Source of the DNA: Candidatus Woesearchaeota archaeon
Lineage (GTDB): Archaea > Nanobdellota > Nanobdellia > Woesearchaeales > BS150m-G63
Length of the DNA stretch: 64,000 nt
Reading direction: 5' to 3'
NCBI GenBank assembly: GCA_016784165.1
Contig: JADHVD010000006.1
Location: 74 to 64,073, forward strand
The notes under the pieces were generated by a model. It saw only the letters and a program-made list of their open reading frames with translations, was not told where the DNA came from and did no database searches. Position numbers and translations under genes: made by a program. This document shows positions 59,683-64,000 of this stretch, in pieces. How positions within the stretch are numbered: position 1 is the stretch's first letter; every line of letters begins with the position of its first letter.

Positions 59683-60803
59683 GAGGTGAATGAAATGGAA
59701 GAAGAACAACCTCTTCTAGACTCTGAAAAACAGAGCCAAGAAGACCAAAACCTTGAAAAAGGACTTGAGAAATTGATGAAAGAATTTGAAGTGGATAAAA
59801 ATAGTTTAATCTCCTCCACAGGAATAACTGATGATACTATCGAAAAAAGAAATGGTACTTATACTATTGACAAAAAAGGAAGTTTGCCAGGAGGAAATTG
59901 TTTTGTTAAGGAAAATGGTTTTGTTACAAACCCGATTAAAAGCATATATGCTGTAACAGATGGAATGGGTGGCGCCAACCATAAATCTGGTGATGTTGCG
60001 AGTGAATTAGTTTGTAACGGTTTAAATTATAAATTAGGACTTCTAAAAGATGATTTATCTGACTCTAAAGAAATAGATATACTCCAAAATATGGAGGACA
60101 CCATATATGCCTTAAATGGAACAGTCTCCCTAGCAAGTGGCTATAGTAGGTTTAAGAAGATAGATGAAGAATTAAAAACAATAATTGATAGGCAAAAAAT
60201 AGATGAAAATGGAAAAAAATTAATTAATCTTGCTAGAAAAAAAATAGATGATTCTGGTATACTATCTATGGATATTCTTGATAAAATGGGTTGTACTCTT
60301 GATGTGTGTTTTCTGCACAAAAATATGGTATATGGAGGTCATGTGGGTAATGGAAGAGTGTATAAAATAGGTGCTAATGGAACAATAGACAAAATGACAA
60401 ATGAACATGTAGCATGGAATCCAATGATTGACCGTAGTAAATTATCGAGGTTAGAGGAAGCTGTTGAAGAAAAAATATATAATGCTGGTTTGACAAGTTA
60501 TATGGGGATTGGGAAAGACATTCAAATTGATATGTATGAATTTCCATTAGAAAAAGGAGATTCTTTCCTTATATGTAGCGATAGTCTATCTCATACTGTT
60601 TCGGAAGAAGAAATAGTCCACGCATTTGGTGATATTAGTAAAACCAAACAGAGATTATGGAATTTAGTAGTAGAACCAGAATGGTTTGCAGAAGAGTATG
60701 CAATTAGAAAAGGTATTGGTAAAGAAGAAGCAGTAAACTATTTAAGGGGAAATGATCCTTCATTTATCATTCTCAAGAGGAGGTGAATGAAATGGAAGAA
60801 GAA
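59683..60803. repeat. 24-bp direct repeat of SD plus start (59683-59706 and 60780-60803)
   Basis: GAGGTGAATGAAATGGAAGAAGAA twice. Confidence 0.85.
59695..60786 (+). CDS. PP2C/PrpC-like phosphatase, divergent
   Basis: YAVTDGMGG, CTLD, GHVGNGRVY, ICSDSL, NDPS. Confidence 0.78.
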   Translation: MEEEQPLLDSEKQSQEDQNLEKGLEKLMKEFEVDKNSLISSTGITDDTIEKRNGTYTIDKKGSLPGGNCFVKENGFVTNPIKSIYAVTDGMGGANHKSGDVASELVCNGLNYKLGLLKDDLSDSKEIDILQNMEDTIYALNGTVSLASGYSRFKKIDEELKTIIDRQKIDENGKKLINLARKKIDDSGILSMDILDKMGCTLDVCFLHKNMVYGGHVGNGRVYKIGANGTIDKMTNEHVAWNPMIDRSKLSRLEEAVEEKIYNAGLTSYMGIGKDIQIDMYEFPLEKGDSFLICSDSLSHTVSEEEIVHAFGDISKTKQRLWNLVVEPEWFAEEYAIRKGIGKEEAVNYLRGNDPSFIILKRR

Positions 60804-61001
60804 TTTATTAAAAAGAATCTTGAAAGTAAAATTGAAAAGATTATAGATTATATCAAATTAAATCCCTCTTTATATCAAGATTCTCAAAAAACAAAAGAAA
60901 ACTATAATTCTAAATCAAAAATTGTTATGGATTATGTAGAAGGAAAAACAAAAATACTAAAAAACTATCTTATTATTTACAAATCAAAAGGAGGAAATTA
61001 A
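60792..61001 (+). CDS. Small hypothetical protein between the PP2C paralogues
   Basis: Strong SD; 2-nt spacing to the next ATG. Confidence 0.6.
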   Translation: MEEEFIKKNLESKIEKIIDYIKLNPSLYQDSQKTKENYNSKSKIVMDYVEGKTKILKNYLIIYKSKGGN

Positions 61002-61002
61002 A

Positions 61003-61950
61003 ATGGAATATGATATTGTGAATGCAAGTGTTAGGGGAGAAAAACATGAAAAAAAAGGTATTCTTAATATGGATACTATTATTACTAACCGTCTGAAAAA
61101 CATATATGCTATATCAAGTAAGATTGGTGACAATAATCATAAATCTGATAATATAGTGGATGGTTTAGTCTGTAAAAATTTAGAGTATAAACTAGGAATT
61201 TTAAAAAATGAATTAGATGAGTCTAAAGAAATAAATATACTTCAAAGTATAGGGGATGTTATATCTAACTTAAATAAAATTGTTTTTCAAGCAACTGATT
61301 ACAATAGATTAAATGATATAGAAGGGATATTAGAAACAGTAATTAATTCACCAGGAAAATTAGATAAAAATAAAAAAGATTTGATTAATCAGGCTAGAAA
61401 AAAAATAAATAATTCTAGTATAAACTATATGATTGACGAAGGGATATCTAGATGTACACTTGATGTATGTTTTATACATGAAAATATGGTATATAGTGGT
61501 CATGTAGGTAATGGAAGGACGTATAAAATAAATGCTGATGGAACAATAAATAAAATGACCAAGGATCACTTAAAATGGAACTCAAAAATTGATAAACAAT
61601 ACTTATCTGAATCAGAAAAAACACTTATCAATAAAATAATAAATGTGCCATTAGATTCATACATAGGAATCGGTAAAAACATCAAAATTGATTTATATGA
61701 ATTTTCATTAGAAAAAGGAGATTCTATACTCATGTGTAATGATGGTCTTACCCAGACTGTTTCTGAAGAAGAAATGGCCTACGCAGTTTATGATATAGAT
61801 AAAGCTGTATTTAATTTATTAGATATTGCAGAACAACCTAAAAAAATGGCTAAAACATATTCTAGGATTAACAAAGTATCTTATAAACAAGCACAAGAAT
61901 ATCTTGGGCTTAGAAACGATACTTCATTTATTGTTATTAAGAAAGAATAA
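61003..61950 (+). CDS. PP2C-like paralogue, more degenerate
   Basis: Aligns by eye with 59695-60786; YAISSKIG lacks DG; GHVGNGRTY, MCNDGL, NDTS. Confidence 0.75.
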   Translation: MEYDIVNASVRGEKHEKKGILNMDTIITNRLKNIYAISSKIGDNNHKSDNIVDGLVCKNLEYKLGILKNELDESKEINILQSIGDVISNLNKIVFQATDYNRLNDIEGILETVINSPGKLDKNKKDLINQARKKINNSSINYMIDEGISRCTLDVCFIHENMVYSGHVGNGRTYKINADGTINKMTKDHLKWNSKIDKQYLSESEKTLINKIINVPLDSYIGIGKNIKIDLYEFSLEKGDSILMCNDGLTQTVSEEEMAYAVYDIDKAVFNLLDIAEQPKKMAKTYSRINKVSYKQAQEYLGLRNDTSFIVIKKE

Positions 61951-62047
61951 ATAAAATCAATTGGAGTGCCATAATAATTGATTCCATTACTTTGTTTTCT
62001 TTACTTTTCATAATAGTGCACATTATAGGTACTAATTCATAATCTTT

Positions 62048-62995
62048 CTATTCGCTTTTCCTGAAAATTTTCTCTGGCTGAAACTCAAAATAATCTTTAT
62101 CATCAAACCATGCGCATCTTATATCTTTGAGTTTGATTCCTGTACGAAAACTGATTCCCTTAGCATAAAAAAACAATTGAGAGCAAACTTTTGATAAATT
62201 TTCAGATATAGCATTTGGTTTATAATCTAAAATATGTATTTTATTCCCCCTTGTCTGTATTATATCAATATGGCCACAAATCCCTTTTTTCCATCTTTTA
62301 TCCCAGAACCATATTGGCACTTCTATAGCAACAGTACAAACATCATTAATAAGCATAAATTCTTCAATCACTTTATGTCTTAAGTAATCATTTCTAGCAG
62401 CGCCAACAGAAAATCTAGCTAAATCAGAAGCATAACTTTTTTTTCTATCAATGTTTTCAATCCCATCTAATTTCATTTTCAATTGGGAACATCTTTTATT
62501 TATATCAAAAAATTCATGTGGAAAATCTTCTTCAATCCTCTTCAAATATTTCACTAATTCATTAAATTCTTTATCTAAAAAATCTATCTTTGCCTTGTGA
62601 TATTTATAATTATAAGTAAGTCCATTATGTTTAAATAATTTAGATGCAATAATATTTTTTCCATATTCATTAATTACTTTATCTCTTATTTTGTAATAAG
62701 GGCAAAGTCGTTTAAATTCATTGATCCAAACACACACTATAGAATTGCTTACCTTAACCTTGAATTGTCTATTAACTAATTTACTACTCTGATAAGTGTT
62801 ATTCCCTAAATTATAGTAAGATAAAGCATTTATAATAACACTCACATTATATTTTTTCCCAATTAACCAAGAAAAAACAAATCTCTTTCTACAATCTTTA
62901 CAGTAATATCTCTGTTTAACTTCTCTAAGATTCTTTTGCTTCCCTTTCTTAATAATATTTTTATTACCGCAATGAATGCATTTGATTTTATTCAT
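62048..62995 (-). CDS. IS1/IS6-type Zn-ribbon and HTH fused to a PD-(D/E)XK nuclease
   Basis: CIHCG...KKG...QRYYCKDCRKRF; KVSNSIVCVWI; IEVP...GHIDII...LDYKP...QLFFYA. Confidence 0.78.
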   Translation of the reverse strand: MNKIKCIHCGNKNIIKKGKQKNLREVKQRYYCKDCRKRFVFSWLIGKKYNVSVIINALSYYNLGNNTYQSSKLVNRQFKVKVSNSIVCVWINEFKRLCPYYKIRDKVINEYGKNIIASKLFKHNGLTYNYKYHKAKIDFLDKEFNELVKYLKRIEEDFPHEFFDINKRCSQLKMKLDGIENIDRKKSYASDLARFSVGAARNDYLRHKVIEEFMLINDVCTVAIEVPIWFWDKRWKKGICGHIDIIQTRGNKIHILDYKPNAISENLSKVCSQLFFYAKGISFRTGIKLKDIRCAWFDDKDYFEFQPEKIFRKSE

Positions 62996-63122
62996 ATAAT
63001 TAAGATAGATTTTAAAATTAATAAACTCATACCCTCTTTTTTTGAAAGATTTTCAGTAAAGGTAAATATTCTTTTAAGTTCTAAATGGAATAGAGATATG
63101 TTTTTTATTTTAGGTCTTGAAT

Positions 63123-63192
63123 ATTGGTTGGGTTATAAGTCCTAAGGATTGGTTGGGTTATGGGTCCTGAAGATTGGACGGGAAAGTCCTGC
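63123..63192. repeat. Three imperfect 25-bp-period direct repeats
   Basis: ATTGGTTGGGTTATAAGTCCTAAGG / ATTGGTTGGGTTATGGGTCCTGAAG / ATTGGACGGGAAAGTCCT. Confidence 0.8.
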
Positions 63193-63277
63193 TAATAAGG
63201 TGAAACTAAGAAGTTGTTTTTTATTCTTTTGTCGTGATAGGGAGAATGTATTAAGTACTATATATTGGTTAGAACTA

Positions 63278-63319
63278 AGAAAAAAGAAAAAAGAAAAAAA
63301 ATAAGGGTTGTTAACCCTT
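63278..63319 (-). terminator. Hairpin plus U-tract terminator of the S-layer gene
   Basis: AAGGGTT/AACCCTT stem (63303-63319) followed by a long T tract on the minus strand. Confidence 0.7.
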
Positions 63320-63329
63320 TTTAGTTGAC

Positions 63330-64000
63330 TTACTCTTCAGGAGTTTCGTCTTCGACAACAGTTGGTACTGTTACAGTCTCTGTTAGAGTTGTAACAACAG
63401 CTTCTGTACCATCGATAGCTGAAATTCCACCGTTAGCGACTACTTTTGCTGCGGTTCTGGTGTCGTCACCAGTTGCGCCTGCAATTAGCATTGCAACATT
63501 TCCGCCATTTTCATATAGCTTAACTGTTGCTTCGCCTTCAGTAAATCCTGCATAACATGGTGATGGATTACCCATCAATGTTGCTGCTGCACTATTAGCA
63601 CATGGTCCACCGATAACAATAGCATTAACTGCTGTGATATCAGCTACTTCACTAGCTAACTTAGCTGCGCCAACTTCAATCTGTGTAACAACTTGCGTAG
63701 TTACTGAACTAGATGCGGTTGTTGCGGATTCTGCAGATACTGCTAAATCGAATGTCACTTTTTCACTTGGTAGTGAAAATTTAATGTAACCATAGTCATC
63801 TTCCAGTCCCTTCTCTGCATCATAGATTATTGCACCATATTCAGTACTAAAGTCATAATCTCTTGTACTGATGTTAGTTCCACTTGGGAATTGCATCATG
63901 TTTCCAGCTGCAGTAGCGTCTTCAGTCCAGTCTAAATTCCAAACTAACGCACTACCATATGTACCAGTTACTGCTGAGTTTCCACCCATACCATCTATAG
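63330..64000 (-). CDS. S-layer protein, C-terminal part (starts beyond the window)
   Basis: VIGGPCANSAAA, LIAGATGDDTRTAAKV (S_layer_C-like); frame is open to 64000. Confidence 0.88.
   Translation of the reverse strand, partial: IDGMGGNSAVTGTYGSALVWNLDWTEDATAAGNMMQFPSGTNISTRDYDFSTEYGAIIYDAEKGLEDDYGYIKFSLPSEKVTFDLAVSAESATTASSSVTTQVVTQIEVGAAKLASEVADITAVNAIVIGGPCANSAAATLMGNPSPCYAGFTEGEATVKLYENGGNVAMLIAGATGDDTRTAAKVVANGGISAIDGTEAVVTTLTETVTVPTVVEDETPEE

Noticed and set aside
63123-63192. Possible mini-CRISPR
   Set aside because: Repeats are adjacent and degenerate, with no unique spacers.
1930-63555. Numerous 60-150-aa ORFs antisense to or nested in long genes (e.g. 4379-4831, 6624-7037, 17146-17508, 29601-29921, 52073-52423)
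   Set aside because: Shadow frames of well-supported genes, with no motifs or SD sites.

Overview
AT-rich archaeal chromosome segment, most consistent with DPANN Woesearchaeota (inference from the HMf-type histone, psmB next to aCPSF1, form III RuBisCO, archaeal ProRS/MetRS, KRGQ/KKAQ class III signal peptides and S-layer genes). Housekeeping genes: metG, proS, psmB, aCPSF1, mtaB, nnrD, EndoQ, histone and three antiporters. There are many large secreted Ig-like or beta-helix proteins. Main observations: (1) a compact class-II-like cobalamin riboswitch (36699-36811, minus) heads an operon with an ECF S-component of the CbrT type and a DUF4430/S-layer-module fusion; an intein-containing B12-dependent RNR and its neighbouring cobO complete a B12 salvage circuit. 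(2) A 27-bp direct repeat (7901-7927 and 14421-14447) duplicates the 3' end of a DUF4430 gene and brackets a 6.5-kb integrase-free insert encoding an S-layer/adhesin chimera, with apparent orphan gene tails at both ends. (3) The right end holds an APH-like kinase, two degenerate tandem PP2C paralogues and an IS1/IS6-type Zn-ribbon-HTH fused to a PD-(D/E)XK nuclease. No tRNA, rRNA or CRISPR array was seen. All family calls come from motif recognition by eye; no database search was run.
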